Shown here piece by piece: positions 20,482 to 30,781 of a stretch of DNA of 64,000 nucleotides (position 1 is the stretch's first letter; every line of letters begins with the position of its first letter). Below the pieces are notes generated by a model. The model did no database searches. It was not told the origin of the DNA and saw only the letters and a list, made by a program, of their open reading frames with translations. The DNA is from Sphingobium sp. (GTDB taxonomy: Bacteria; Pseudomonadota; Alphaproteobacteria; Sphingomonadales; Sphingomonadaceae), in contig DASVOF010000004.1 of assembly GCA_036383495.1 (NCBI GenBank), positions 192 to 64,191 of the forward strand, written 5' to 3'. The position numbers and the translations under genes are program-made.

Positions 20482-20536
20482 CCGGTCGGCGCGCCGCCTG
20501 CTATCCTGCGGCGAAATTGCAGCAGGATCATGAGCG

Positions 20537-20854
20537 ATGGCTATGTTTGACGATCTTTTGAACAGCGTGGGCGGACTGGAAGCGGTCGCCGCGAAACTGG
20601 GGTTGGCGCCTGAACAGATGCAGGCGCTCATGACCGAAATCGGCGGCAAGATCGCGAGTGGGGAAACCGACGTCGCGGCGCTCGCCACGACCGCTGCGGA
20701 ACATGGCGTCTCGGCGGACAAGTTGCAGGAACTGTTCGCGCATTTCGGCGGGCCTGAAGCAATTCTGGGCAAGATCGGAAGCCTCTTCGACCGGGACGGC
20801 GACGGCAATCCGCTTGGCGAATTGGGCGCGCTGGCCAAGGGGCTGTTCGGCTAA
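20537..20854 (+). CDS. Hypothetical helical protein with a C-terminal DxDxDG loop
   Basis: Host-like codons; ...LFDRDGDGNPLGELGALAKGLFG. Confidence 0.75.
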   Translation: MAMFDDLLNSVGGLEAVAAKLGLAPEQMQALMTEIGGKIASGETDVAALATTAAEHGVSADKLQELFAHFGGPEAILGKIGSLFDRDGDGNPLGELGALAKGLFG

Positions 20855-21027
20855 TCGTCAGCGTTCATCCGATCACAGTTGGCGGCCAGCTATCGAGGGG
20901 AAAAGTTTTTTCACCTTGCCTTGCTGACGCCGGGGAGGCATTCGCCGGCCCACATTTATTGCGAAGGCCACGCAACTAGCGCCGTTTTTCCGCGCATTGC
21001 GAGATGGATTTGGCAGGAGAAAAGGTT

Positions 21028-21843
21028 TTGAGCGACGTGACCATCGAAAAGCCGGTGCTGGAGCCGACGGGCGCCCTGACAGTGGAAACCGTGCTGTCGG
21101 TCCGCCATTGGAACGAGCATCTTTTCAGCTTCCGTATCAGCCGTCCGGCCAGCTTCCGTTTCCGTTCGGGCGAGTTCGTGATGATCGGGTTGCAGGGCGA
21201 CAATGGCAAGCCGCTGCTGCGCGCCTATTCGGTGGCCAGCCCTGCATGGGACGAGGAACTGGAATTCCTGTCGATCAAGGTCGAGGACGGCCCGCTTACG
21301 TCCAAGCTTCAGCTGATCCAGCCGGGCGACCAGATCTATCTTGGCCGCAAGCCGACCGGCACGCTCGTCACCGACGCGCTGCTGCCCGGCAAGCGTCTTT
21401 TCATGCTGTCGACCGGCACGGGCCTCGCCCCGTTCCTCAGCCTGGCGCGCGATCCGGACGTGTATGACTTTTACGAACAGGTCGTGGTCGTCCATTCGGT
21501 CCGCCGCGTCAGCGATCTGGCCTTTCACGACGAACTGGAAGGCAAGTTGGCGGAAGATCCGCTGGTTTCGGAGCAGGCGGCCAACCAGTTCCACTATGTC
21601 CCGACCTGCACGCGCGAACCGTTCCGCAACAATGTGCGGATCGACAAGCTCATGGAAGACGGGTCATTGTTCGCTGGAGTTCCGGGCGATGCCCGGTTCA
21701 ATCCGGAAACCGATCGCATCATGATGTGCGGCAGCATGGAGATGATCAAGCAGTTCGGCGCCTATTTCGAGGAACAGGGCTTCGCCGAAGGCTCCAACGC
21801 CGCGCCGGGCGCTTTTGTCATCGAGCGCGCGTTCGTCGGCTGA
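21028..21843 (+). CDS. fpr: Ferredoxin-NADP+ reductase
   Basis: FRSGEF, RAYSVAS, STGTGLAPF, MMCGS; start uncertain (21004/21028/21037). Confidence 0.93.
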   Translation: MSDVTIEKPVLEPTGALTVETVLSVRHWNEHLFSFRISRPASFRFRSGEFVMIGLQGDNGKPLLRAYSVASPAWDEELEFLSIKVEDGPLTSKLQLIQPGDQIYLGRKPTGTLVTDALLPGKRLFMLSTGTGLAPFLSLARDPDVYDFYEQVVVVHSVRRVSDLAFHDELEGKLAEDPLVSEQAANQFHYVPTCTREPFRNNVRIDKLMEDGSLFAGVPGDARFNPETDRIMMCGSMEMIKQFGAYFEEQGFAEGSNAAPGAFVIERAFVG

Positions 21844-21851
21844 CGATCTTA

Positions 21852-22030
21852 CCTTCTCCCTTGAGGGAGAAGGATACGCAGCCTTGGCGACGAAGAAGCC
21901 TAGGCGGAGTTGGATGAGGGAGAGCGGGCCTGCGGCCCGCGCGATCCGGTGGATCGCATCCCCCTCACCCAGCTACGACTAAGGCGGCAAGCCGCCAAGT
22001 CTGCGCAGCCCTCTCCCTCAAGGGAGAGGG
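21852..22030. repeat. 179-bp branched palindromic MITE-like element
   Basis: Terminal self-hairpins CCTTCTCCC-TTGA-GGGAGAAGG and CCCTCTCCC-TCAA-GGGAGAGGG are also inverted repeats of each other; internal paired arms and two central hairpins. Confidence 0.8.
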
Positions 22031-22046
22031 GTTAGAACTTTTGAAC

Positions 22047-22886
22047 TTACCGTCCCATCACCCTAGCGACGGCGACGAAGTCCTCGACGCTCACCGTTTC
22101 CGCGCGGCGCTGCGGGTCTATCCCCACCGTCGCCAGCGCATCGAGCGCGCCGGGCAGCCCTTTGAGGCTTTGTCGGAGCATCTTGCGCCGCTGGCCGAAG
22201 GCGGCGGCGGTCAGCCGTTCGAGGTGTTTCAGCTCCACGCCCTCGGGCGCTGGTTTGGGCGTGACGTGCACCACCGCTGACATCACCTTGGGCGGCGGCG
22301 TGAAGGCGCTGCGGTGCACCTTCATCGCGATCCGCGCGTCGCTGCGCCATTGGGCGAGCACCGCCAGACGGCCATAATGGTCGCCGCCCGGTTTCGCGAC
22401 GATCCGCTCTGCGACCTCCATCTGGAACATGAGCGTGAGTGAGGACCACCAGGGAAGCGGGCCCCAGTCGTCCGACAGCCAGCCGATCAGCAGCGCCGTG
22501 CCGACATTATAGGGGAGGTTGGCGATGATGTGCGCGCCGTCGCCCGCCTCGGCGCGGGCGTCGACCTGCATGGCGTCGCCGGAAATGACGCGCAGCTGCT
22601 CCGGAAAGGCCTCCCCCAGTTCAGCGAGCGCGGGCAGGCAACGCCGGTCCCGCTCCACCGCGACCAGCCGCGCGCCAGCCCGGAGGATCGCCCGCGTCAG
22701 TCCTCCCGGCCCCGGTCCGACCTCGAACGCCGGCTTGCCTTCCAGCGGACCCGGAATCGCCGCGATGCGATCCAGCAATTGCTCGTCGAGCAGGAAGTTC
22801 TGCCCCAGCGCTTTGCTCGCCTGAAGCCCGTGCGCGGCGATCACCTCACGCAGCGGCGGCAGCGATGGTCGGATATCAGACGCCAT
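22047..22886 (-). CDS. rsmA: 16S rRNA dimethyladenosine transferase
   Basis: [29 protein letters not shown]. Confidence 0.96.
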   Translation of the reverse strand: MASDIRPSLPPLREVIAAHGLQASKALGQNFLLDEQLLDRIAAIPGPLEGKPAFEVGPGPGGLTRAILRAGARLVAVERDRRCLPALAELGEAFPEQLRVISGDAMQVDARAEAGDGAHIIANLPYNVGTALLIGWLSDDWGPLPWWSSLTLMFQMEVAERIVAKPGGDHYGRLAVLAQWRSDARIAMKVHRSAFTPPPKVMSAVVHVTPKPAPEGVELKHLERLTAAAFGQRRKMLRQSLKGLPGALDALATVGIDPQRRAETVSVEDFVAVARVMGR

Positions 22887-23913
22887 GAGTCAGGCGGGCG
22901 CGGGCCGCTTCGGCCGCCATCTTGAGCGCGGCCATCATCGCGCCGGGATTGGCGCTGTCGGTCCCCGCGATGCCGAAGGCGGTGCCATGGTCGGGCGAGG
23001 TGCGCACGATCGGCAGGCCCAGCGTGATGTTCACCCCTTCGTCGAAATGCAGCGTCTTGAGCGGGATCAGGGCCTGGTCATGATACATGCACAGCACCGC
23101 GTCGTAGGTTTCGCGCGCGCGGGCGTGGAACAGGCCGTCGGCGGACAGCGGGCCGACAATGTCCATCCCTTCCTGCCGAAGCGATTCGATGGCGGGGCCG
23201 ATCACCTCGATCTCTTCCCGGCCCAGCGCGCCGCCCTCGCCCGCATGGGGATTGAGCCCGGCGGCCACGATGCGGGGGCGCGCTATGCCGAAATTGCGCT
23301 GCAGCCCCTTCACCGTGGTGATGGCGCGCGCGCGGATCAGGTCGATCGTCAGCACCGAGGAGATGTCGGCCAACGGGATATGGATGGTGACGGGCACGAC
23401 CTTCAGCGAAGGCCCCGCAAGCATCATCACCGCGTTATGGGGCGCGACGCCGCAGCGTTCGGCGATGAATTCGGTTTGGCCGGGATGGGTGAAGCCGACG
23501 CCGTAAAGCTGTTCCTTCCCCACAGGCGCGGTCACGACGCCCGCCGCCGATCCGCTGCGGGCCAGGCCGACGGCGGCCTCCAGCGCCTGAAAGGCGGTGC
23601 GGGCGCCGTCGATGCTGGGCGCGCCCGGCACGATTTCACCGGCTTCGGCGACCTGTAGGCAGGGGAGGGCGTTGTCGAACACCGCCGCCGCTTCCTCCGG
23701 CGTGGCGATCATTTCGATCGGGCCAAGCCACACGGCCCGCAGCGACGCGACATCGCCCACCGCGAAGAACAGCGGCAGCCCGCGCGCTTCGCGCATGACC
23801 CAGCTTTTCGCCACGATTTCCGGGCCGATACCGGCCGGATCGCCCAGGGGAACGGCGAAGGGCGCCAGATCGGCGCGCTCGGGCGCGGGATCAGTTATAG
23901 TCGATGACGGCAT
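22876..23913 (-). CDS. pdxA: 4-hydroxythreonine-4-phosphate dehydrogenase
   Basis: [31 protein letters not shown]; start uncertain, overlaps the surA end. Confidence 0.94.
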   Translation of the reverse strand: MPSSTITDPAPERADLAPFAVPLGDPAGIGPEIVAKSWVMREARGLPLFFAVGDVASLRAVWLGPIEMIATPEEAAAVFDNALPCLQVAEAGEIVPGAPSIDGARTAFQALEAAVGLARSGSAAGVVTAPVGKEQLYGVGFTHPGQTEFIAERCGVAPHNAVMMLAGPSLKVVPVTIHIPLADISSVLTIDLIRARAITTVKGLQRNFGIARPRIVAAGLNPHAGEGGALGREEIEVIGPAIESLRQEGMDIVGPLSADGLFHARARETYDAVLCMYHDQALIPLKTLHFDEGVNITLGLPIVRTSPDHGTAFGIAGTDSANPGAMMAALKMAAEAARARLTHGV

Positions 23914-25294
23914 CGCGACGAAGATCGCGCAGATAGATGCGCGCGCGCTTGTTGACGCGCTCTTCCTCCAGCTGCGCCATGATCTGCTCCGCATTGGGCG
24001 CGGCGGCGGAGGAGGCGTCATCGCGGCCGCAGACGACCAGTACGCGCACACCCTCGTTGATCGACCCGAACGGCGGAGAAGCCTGGCCGACCTGTAGGCC
24101 GAGCAGGAGGTCCTGCAACTGCGGCGGCAGGTCGCGCACCTTCACATTGTCATTGTCGACGACATCGGCGCCGATCTTGCCGCCCAGTTCGTTCGCCTGG
24201 CCGCAGCCCTTGATGACCTTGGTCTGCGCCGCGAAGCTGGCGGCCCTGGCGCTCGCCTGCTCCTTGGTCGTGCCGGCGGGGAAGCTGATCGACAGTTGCT
24301 TGAGGCTGAGCAGCGCGTCGCGCGGGTCGGCGGTCAGCACCTTGCGCTTGTCCATGACGTAGATGAGGGACACGCCGCCGGGCACGCCGATCGGTCCCGC
24401 GATCTGCCCCACCTGCATATCGGTAGCCGCGCGGGCCAGCTCATCGGGCAGCTGGCTGGGCCGCACCCAGCCCAGGTCGCCGCCGACCGCCGCCGTCGAT
24501 GCTTCGGAAAATTGCCGCGCATAGGCGGCGAAGCTGCCGCCCTGCTTGATCTGATCAATGATGTTGCGGGCGTTTGCGACGATTTGCGCCTGATTTTCCG
24601 GGGTGGCCGACAGGTAGATCTCACCAATGCGGAACTCGTCGCTGCCCTTGGCCGCATTCATGCGGTCGACCACCGACTTCACCTCGTCCCCTGACACATT
24701 GACGAAAGGCTGGATGTTGCGGCGGAGCAGCCGGCTCCACGCCAGTTCGCCCTCGATCTGGCGCTTGATGCTGTTGGCGGAACTGCCCTGGGTCCGCAGA
24801 TATTGGTCGAACTGCGCGGGGGACTGGCGGAAATTGCCCGCGACCCGCTCATAGCTCTGTTCGATCTCTTCCTTGGCGATCTTGATGTCGTTGGCCGCCG
24901 CTTCCTGAATCTGCAGCGTTTCGTCGATCAGGTTGCGCAGCACCTGCACGCGCAGCCGCTCCTTTTCCTCCGCCGATATCTTGCCGCCATTGGCGGCGAG
25001 CATGAGCGCCAGGCGCTGGTCGACGTCGGTCCCGGTGATGATGCGGCCATTCACGATCGCCGTCGCCTTGCGCAGGTTCGGATCGCTCTTGCCGAAGATC
25101 GTCACGTCCTTGGGCAGGTTGAGCTGCTGCGCCGCCACCTTGTCGTCGTCATCGACGGTCTGGGCGCCGACATGCGATACGCCGGTCCCCAGCAGGACAG
25201 ACGAAAGGAGCAGGGCGTGCATACCGGACCGCAGCGAACGGCCAAGGCGGGAAGACGGGGAAACGACAGGCTGCATCGTCGACAAAGCTCTCAT
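23891..25294 (-). CDS. surA: SurA-type periplasmic chaperone/PPIase
   Basis: AIVNGRIIT, LIDETLQIQEA, rotamase GGDLGW; lptD-surA-pdxA-rsmA synteny; start uncertain. Confidence 0.88.
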   Translation of the reverse strand: MRALSTMQPVVSPSSRLGRSLRSGMHALLLSSVLLGTGVSHVGAQTVDDDDKVAAQQLNLPKDVTIFGKSDPNLRKATAIVNGRIITGTDVDQRLALMLAANGGKISAEEKERLRVQVLRNLIDETLQIQEAAANDIKIAKEEIEQSYERVAGNFRQSPAQFDQYLRTQGSSANSIKRQIEGELAWSRLLRRNIQPFVNVSGDEVKSVVDRMNAAKGSDEFRIGEIYLSATPENQAQIVANARNIIDQIKQGGSFAAYARQFSEASTAAVGGDLGWVRPSQLPDELARAATDMQVGQIAGPIGVPGGVSLIYVMDKRKVLTADPRDALLSLKQLSISFPAGTTKEQASARAASFAAQTKVIKGCGQANELGGKIGADVVDNDNVKVRDLPPQLQDLLLGLQVGQASPPFGSINEGVRVLVVCGRDDASSAAAPNAEQIMAQLEEERVNKRARIYLRDLRRDAVIDYN

Positions 25295-25363
25295 ATGCGG
25301 TCCGGCGCGTGATGCGCTGATCCGCCTTAACCAGTCCTGAGCGGATGGCGGGAAGGCTGATCC

Positions 25364-27634
25364 TTATATGCCGATATTGCGAAAAGCCAGCCGTAGTTGG
25401 AAACTGTTGCCCTTTCGCGCGTCGCCAGCCGCCAGATAGTCGCGCCGCCAGGTGAGGCCCAGCGTCAGGCAGTCATCCTCATAAGCGACGCCCAGCCGAT
25501 GGCGGACCGGTTCATAGCCGTCCGCCGCGCTCAGCGGATCTTCCTTCTGGTCGGTAAGGTCGACGACGGTCGAGCCGAACACCGACCAGAAGCGCGCGAA
25601 CTGGACGCGCCCGCCCAGGCGCAGTTCCTCGCGGTCCCGCAAATCCTCCAGGCTGGCCGCGGCGTTGCGGTTGAGCCGGAGGTAGCCGACCATCGCATAG
25701 GTCTTGCGGGTGCCGATCGTGGCGTCGATCTCGTTCCGGCGGATAGCCAGGTCGTCCTTGTCCACCCGGTAACGATGCGTCAGGCTGACGAAATCCTTGT
25801 AGCGCACCGTGGTGCGGCCCACGATGTCGGACTGGCGATCGGAAAGGCCTGTGCCGTCGGGCAGGATGCTCTCGCGATTGTTGAGGCGGTAGCTTTGGCC
25901 CACCACGCTTTCCAGCGAGAAATCGGGCAGCGACAGGCTATATTCCAGGCCATAGGTGATGCGCGTCGAATCCTCGAACCGGTCGTAGCCGGCGAAGCGG
26001 TTGAGCGCGAAGAGGTTGCTGTCCTCCAGGTCGATCGCGCGGGCGTCCTCATTGGGGATCGACAGGTTGGCGATATGGGGCGCCGCGACGATCTGCACGC
26101 GGGGCGCGATCCGCTGCACCCCGCCGAACGCTTCGCCGATGAAGGGCCAGCGGACGTCGATCGCCGCCGCGGCGATTCCGCGCGCCTTCCAGCCCGGATC
26201 GCCGGCATAGCGGGGGATGTTGTTCAGCAGATTGTCGTTGTTGTGATAGACGTCGCCGCGCAGATAGGTGGTGAAGTTCACCTCCTGCCCCATGCCGGTC
26301 AGCTTGCGCAGGTTCCATTCGAACGCGGCGAAGGCGCGTTGCGTGTCCTGGCCGTTGGTGCGGGTGATGGCCAGGCTGTTCGCCTGAAGCTGGATGCGGC
26401 CGCCCAGCAGGGGATCGGTAAGGCGCAGGCGATAGTCGATCACCGGCAGCGCGATCGGCGTCTGCCCTTGCGGATCACCGATGCGCAGCGTCTGCACCGC
26501 CCAGCCGGCTATCGAGAAATAGCTGTTCTGGCCGATCCGCTGCGCGCCGAGGGTGGAACGCAGCCGGTCATCGCGGCTGATGTCGTAGCGACGCAGGAAG
26601 GTGCGGTCGCTGGCGAGTCGGATCGATCCGTTGACGCTCCATTCGGACGTCAGCTGCATGCCGCCGCTGGCGTCCAGATAACCGCGGAAATCCTTGCTCG
26701 ATCCGGTGGCGGGGGCCGCGCCGGGCAGCGCGCTGTTGACGTCCATCCGGTTGGCGTGGGTCGCATAGCCGGTGATCTGATAGGCCCCGCGATCCCAGCG
26801 GTGCCGGAAGGTCGTCTCCAGCATCGGCAGCACCTCGGAATAGATGTGCGGCGTGATGGTGAGGTCGCGGTTGGGCGCCAGCTTGAAATAATAAGGGAGG
26901 GCGAACTCCAGCCCGTTGTTGCGGTCGTAACGGATGTTGGGGACCAGCAGGCCGCTGCCCCCGGTGTCGCCGACCGGATGCGAAAATCCCGGCATCGGGA
27001 TCAGCGGCAGGCCGAACAGTTCGATGCGGGCGTCGCGATATTTGACCCGCGCGGCGACCGGATCATAGACCACCTTCACGGCCTTGATCTGCCAGGTCGG
27101 CTCCTTGGGGCAGCCATGGACGTCCTCGACCACGCAACCGGTATAGGCGGCCTTGTTCAGCGTATAGACGCCGTTCACGCGCTTGCCCCGCGCCGCCGCC
27201 AACCGCCCGCCCGATTGCAGCACCAGCAGCATGTTTTCGACCGTGCCGTCCTTCAGCGTGTCGGTGACTTCGAACCGGTCGCCATAGGCGATATTGCCTT
27301 CGGGATCGGTGACGGACACATTGCCCTTCGCCTCGACCTGTCCGGTGGTGCGGTTCCATATCACATTGTCGGCGCGCAGCCGGTTGCCTTCGCGCAGCAG
27401 CTGCACATTGCCGCTCGCCGTCACGACTTCCCTGTTGCTGTCATATTCCAGCTGGTTGGCTGCGAAGCCGATCTGTTCGTCGCTTTCGGGCACGGGCGCG
27501 TCGGGCGCGCTGGCCAGCGGCTGCGGAGCCTGGAATTCCTGCGCGGCGGCGTGCGGCGACGTGGCGAGACAGGCCAGCGCGGCCCCAGCCGTCAGAATAT
27601 GTTTCAATCGCAGGGAAGGGGAGAAAATCAGCAA
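25364..27634 (-). CDS. lptD: LptD outer membrane assembly protein
   Basis: Signal peptide, OstA-like N domain, YTGC...PTWQIKA, SGLLVP, LFALNRFAGYDR, YEDDC. Confidence 0.92.
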   Translation of the reverse strand: MLIFSPSLRLKHILTAGAALACLATSPHAAAQEFQAPQPLASAPDAPVPESDEQIGFAANQLEYDSNREVVTASGNVQLLREGNRLRADNVIWNRTTGQVEAKGNVSVTDPEGNIAYGDRFEVTDTLKDGTVENMLLVLQSGGRLAAARGKRVNGVYTLNKAAYTGCVVEDVHGCPKEPTWQIKAVKVVYDPVAARVKYRDARIELFGLPLIPMPGFSHPVGDTGGSGLLVPNIRYDRNNGLEFALPYYFKLAPNRDLTITPHIYSEVLPMLETTFRHRWDRGAYQITGYATHANRMDVNSALPGAAPATGSSKDFRGYLDASGGMQLTSEWSVNGSIRLASDRTFLRRYDISRDDRLRSTLGAQRIGQNSYFSIAGWAVQTLRIGDPQGQTPIALPVIDYRLRLTDPLLGGRIQLQANSLAITRTNGQDTQRAFAAFEWNLRKLTGMGQEVNFTTYLRGDVYHNNDNLLNNIPRYAGDPGWKARGIAAAAIDVRWPFIGEAFGGVQRIAPRVQIVAAPHIANLSIPNEDARAIDLEDSNLFALNRFAGYDRFEDSTRITYGLEYSLSLPDFSLESVVGQSYRLNNRESILPDGTGLSDRQSDIVGRTTVRYKDFVSLTHRYRVDKDDLAIRRNEIDATIGTRKTYAMVGYLRLNRNAAASLEDLRDREELRLGGRVQFARFWSVFGSTVVDLTDQKEDPLSAADGYEPVRHRLGVAYEDDCLTLGLTWRRDYLAAGDARKGNSFQLRLAFRNIGI

Positions 27635-27819
27635 GGGGATCGTGCCTCTTCAGGGGCGCTTCGTTGCCCGCCTATCGCATTGCTTTGCCTGCGCCGCAAT
27701 CTTTCGTCACGCGTCTTTTGTTGGAAATCGGGCGAACGGCTTTGCCAGATGGGGCAAGCGTCATTATCTGAAGCGGACGTTCCTACATTTCACGATCGAT
27801 AAAAGAAAAAGGACCTTTG

Positions 27820-29265
27820 ATGGAAATCGCGTTCAGCCCGGCGCGCCCCGACGCCGACACCCTGGTCCTCGCCGTGCCCAAGGGCGGATTCGACGTCCTG
27901 CCGATCACGGCTTCCGCGACGCTCGTGGCGGGCGCTGGCGCCGCGCGCTTCACGGGCGAAGCGGGCTCCACTTTCGAAAGCTTCGTGGAGGAAGGCGGCA
28001 AGGTGCTGCGGGTCGTGCTGCTGGGCGTCGGTAGCGGCGGCGAAGCCGATCATGAGCGCGCGGGTGGCGCGCTGACCACGCGCCTGCTGACCAGCGGCGC
28101 GGCTCACGTAGCCGTCGAATTTGTCGGTGGCGCGAGCGGCGAGAATGCCGCTCGCCTGGCCTATGGCGCGCTGTTGCGCGGCTGGCGGATCGACACCTAT
28201 CGCACGCGCCAGGCGGAAAAGGCGAAGCCGACCCTGACGAAGATCACGCTGGTCGCGGACGACGCCGACGCGGCGTGGGAGAGCCTTTCGGCCGTGGCGG
28301 CTGGCGTCGCCTTCACGCGCGAACTGGTGTCGGAGCCCGCCAACATCCTCTACCCGGAAAGCTTCGTCGAACGCTGCCGCCATCTGGAGCAGTTGGGCGT
28401 CAAGATCACCGTGCTCGACAAGGCGGCGATGGCCGACCTGGGCATGGGCGCGTTGCTCGGCGTGGCGCAGGGGTCGGTGCGGGAGCCGCGCCTGATCGCG
28501 ATGGAGTGGGACGGCTCCGGCGGCGCGCAGGACAAGCCGGTCGTGTTCGTGGGCAAGGGCGTGACCTTCGACACCGGCGGCATCTCGTTGAAGCCCGGCG
28601 CGGGCATGGAGGACATGAAGTGGGACATGGGCGGCGCGGGCGCGGTCGCGGGCGCGATGAAGGCGCTGGCGGGGCGCAAGGCCAAGGCGCATGTGGTCGG
28701 CATCTGCGGTCTTGTCGAAAATATGCCCGACGGTAACGCGCAGCGGCCGGGCGACATCGTCACATCCATGTCGGGGCAGACGATCGAGGTCATCAACACC
28801 GACGCTGAAGGCCGTCTGGTGCTGTGCGACGTCATCACCTGGGCGCAGCAGATCTATGCGCCGGAGGTTATCGTTGATCTCGCTACCCTGACCGGCGCGA
28901 TGATCGTGGCGCTGGGCGACCAATATGCGGGCATCTTCGCCAATGACGAGGGGCTGGCCGAGGATCTGATCGCCGCCGGCAAGGCGTCGGGAGACCAGTT
29001 GTGGCGCTTCCCGCTTTCGGACGCCTATAACAAGCTGATCGACAGCCCGATCGCCGACATGAAGAATATGGGCGCCCGCTATGCCGGGTCGATCACCGCC
29101 GCCCAGTTCATCAAGCGCTTCGTCGATGATGGCGTCAAATGGGCGCATCTCGACATTGCCGGCATGGTGTGGGCCGACAAGCCGGGATCGACCTGGGACA
29201 AGGGCGCGACCGGCTATGGCGTGCGCCTGATCGACCGCTACGTTGCGGAAAAGGTAGAAGGCTAA
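27820..29265 (+). CDS. pepA: Leucyl aminopeptidase (M17)
   Basis: GKGVTFDTGG, MKWDMGGA, NTDAEGRL. Confidence 0.96.
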   Translation: MEIAFSPARPDADTLVLAVPKGGFDVLPITASATLVAGAGAARFTGEAGSTFESFVEEGGKVLRVVLLGVGSGGEADHERAGGALTTRLLTSGAAHVAVEFVGGASGENAARLAYGALLRGWRIDTYRTRQAEKAKPTLTKITLVADDADAAWESLSAVAAGVAFTRELVSEPANILYPESFVERCRHLEQLGVKITVLDKAAMADLGMGALLGVAQGSVREPRLIAMEWDGSGGAQDKPVVFVGKGVTFDTGGISLKPGAGMEDMKWDMGGAGAVAGAMKALAGRKAKAHVVGICGLVENMPDGNAQRPGDIVTSMSGQTIEVINTDAEGRLVLCDVITWAQQIYAPEVIVDLATLTGAMIVALGDQYAGIFANDEGLAEDLIAAGKASGDQLWRFPLSDAYNKLIDSPIADMKNMGARYAGSITAAQFIKRFVDDGVKWAHLDIAGMVWADKPGSTWDKGATGYGVRLIDRYVAEKVEG

Positions 29266-29271
29266 CCTCCT

Positions 29272-29351
29272 CCGTTCGCCCTGAGCTTGTCGAAGGGCTT
29301 TCCTTTCTTCGAGGAAGAAGGGAAGGGCTTCGACAGGCTCAGCCCGAACGG
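29272..29351. repeat. REP doublet, family D (80 bp), intergenic
   Basis: CCGTTCGCCCTGAGCTTGTCGAAGGGC...GCTTCGACAGGCTCAGCCCGAACGG; arms identical to 37893-37973. Confidence 0.92.
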
Positions 29352-29368
29352 GTGAGAGCGAGGAATAT

Positions 29369-29806
29369 ATGCAGGTCGATTTCTATCAGCTGAGCCGTGA
29401 CCCGGTGGATCAGGTGCTGCCCGCCATCGCCGCGCGCATCCTGGGCCTTGGCGAACGGCTTCTGGTGGTGGCGCAGGAGGGGGAGCGGCTCGATCGAATC
29501 TCCGCCGGTCTCTGGGCCGGGCCGCCCGAAAGCTTCCTCGCCCACGGCCGTGCGGGGGAGGAGGGGGAGGGGCTCCAGCCCATCCTCCTTACCCATGATT
29601 GCGTTGCGGCGAATGGCGCGCGGCATATCGCGCTGGCGGACGGCCTGTGGCGCGAAGAAGCGCTTGGGTTCGACCGCGCCTTCTACTTCTTCGACGCGAC
29701 GACGGTCGAGGGCGCGCGCGACAGCTGGCGGGCGCTGGCCAAGCGCGAAGGCGTCATCCCCCGCTTCTGGCGACAGGAGGGCGGCAGATGGGTGCAGGGA
29801 CCGTGA
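29369..29806 (+). CDS. holC: DNA polymerase III chi subunit
   Basis: VDFYQL, LW...SFLAHG; follows pepA. Confidence 0.9.
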   Translation: MQVDFYQLSRDPVDQVLPAIAARILGLGERLLVVAQEGERLDRISAGLWAGPPESFLAHGRAGEEGEGLQPILLTHDCVAANGARHIALADGLWREEALGFDRAFYFFDATTVEGARDSWRALAKREGVIPRFWRQEGGRWVQGP

Positions 29807-29901
29807 CCGGCACGAGCGGTCGACGCCCCCTTGCGATGCGGAAGCGCGCGGTCTAAAGGGCGCGCCATTCCAATTCCAACAATTCGGAGCTTTTGAGCCT
29901 C

Positions 29902-30324
29902 ATGGCCGTGACCCGCACCTTTTCGATCATCAAGCCCGACGCGACCCGTCGCAACCTGACGGGCGCCGTGACCAAGAAGCTGGAGGAAGCGGGCCTGCGG
30001 GTCGTCGCTTCCAAACGCATCCGCATGAGCCGCGAACAGGCCGAAGGCTTCTACGCCGTTCACAAGGAACGCCCTTTCTTCGCCGATCTGGTCGCCTTCA
30101 TGATCTCCGGCCCGGTCGTCGTTCAGGTGCTGGAAGGCGAGGACGCCGTGAAGCGCAACCGCGACATCATGGGCGCCACCAACCCCGCCAATGCCGATGA
30201 AGGCACGATCCGGAAGGACTATGCCGAATCGATCGAAGCCAATTCGGTCCACGGCTCCGACAGCGAAGAAAACGCCGCGATCGAGATCGCCTATTTCTTC
30301 CGGTCGGAAGAAATCGTCGGCTGA
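29902..30324 (+). CDS. ndk: Nucleoside diphosphate kinase
   Basis: [25 protein letters not shown]. Confidence 0.98.
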   Translation: MAVTRTFSIIKPDATRRNLTGAVTKKLEEAGLRVVASKRIRMSREQAEGFYAVHKERPFFADLVAFMISGPVVVQVLEGEDAVKRNRDIMGATNPANADEGTIRKDYAESIEANSVHGSDSEENAAIEIAYFFRSEEIVG

Positions 30325-30345
30325 ATAAGCCGCTCGACCTAGTGA

Positions 30346-30376
30346 GAGGCCGGGGGGCCTGAATCCCCCCGGCCTC
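30346..30376. terminator. Hairpin between convergent ndk and the SnoaL-like gene
   Basis: GAGGCCGGGGGG-7nt-CCCCCCGGCCTC. Confidence 0.65.
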
Positions 30377-30392
30377 TGCCTGACCCTCTTCG

Positions 30393-30767
30393 TCAGCCGA
30401 CCAGATCGACGACCGACCAGACGGCTGCGACCCGACCATCGCGCAATTGATAGAAGGCGTGTTCGGCGAAGGTGACCGGGTCTCCACCCGGTTTCAAACC
30501 CTTCCATTCGCGGGCCAGAGTGCCCGTGCCTAACAATCGCGCCGCCAAATGATCTCCGTCCACGACGATGTTCGAGATTTCAATCTGTCCATCGGGCATC
30601 AGGATCGAGAAAAATCCCAATATTTTGTTCGTGAAATCTGCGCGGCTGAAAATTTTATCATTGCACTGGATTTGGTCATGATAAAATTCCGCCGCTTCAG
30701 GAAGTCGGCCGGAATTAACGGCGTCTATATATTTGCGATAACGCTCTTCTAATCCTGGATGCGTCAT
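30393..30767 (-). CDS. SnoaL-like/ester cyclase (NTF2-fold) protein, AT-richer
   Basis: YRKYIDAVNSG...IVVDGDHLAARLLGTGT...VTFAEHAFYQLRDGRVAAVWSVVD. Confidence 0.8.
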   Translation of the reverse strand: MTHPGLEERYRKYIDAVNSGRLPEAAEFYHDQIQCNDKIFSRADFTNKILGFFSILMPDGQIEISNIVVDGDHLAARLLGTGTLAREWKGLKPGGDPVTFAEHAFYQLRDGRVAAVWSVVDLVG

Positions 30768-30781
30768 CGTCCTGGCGACCC

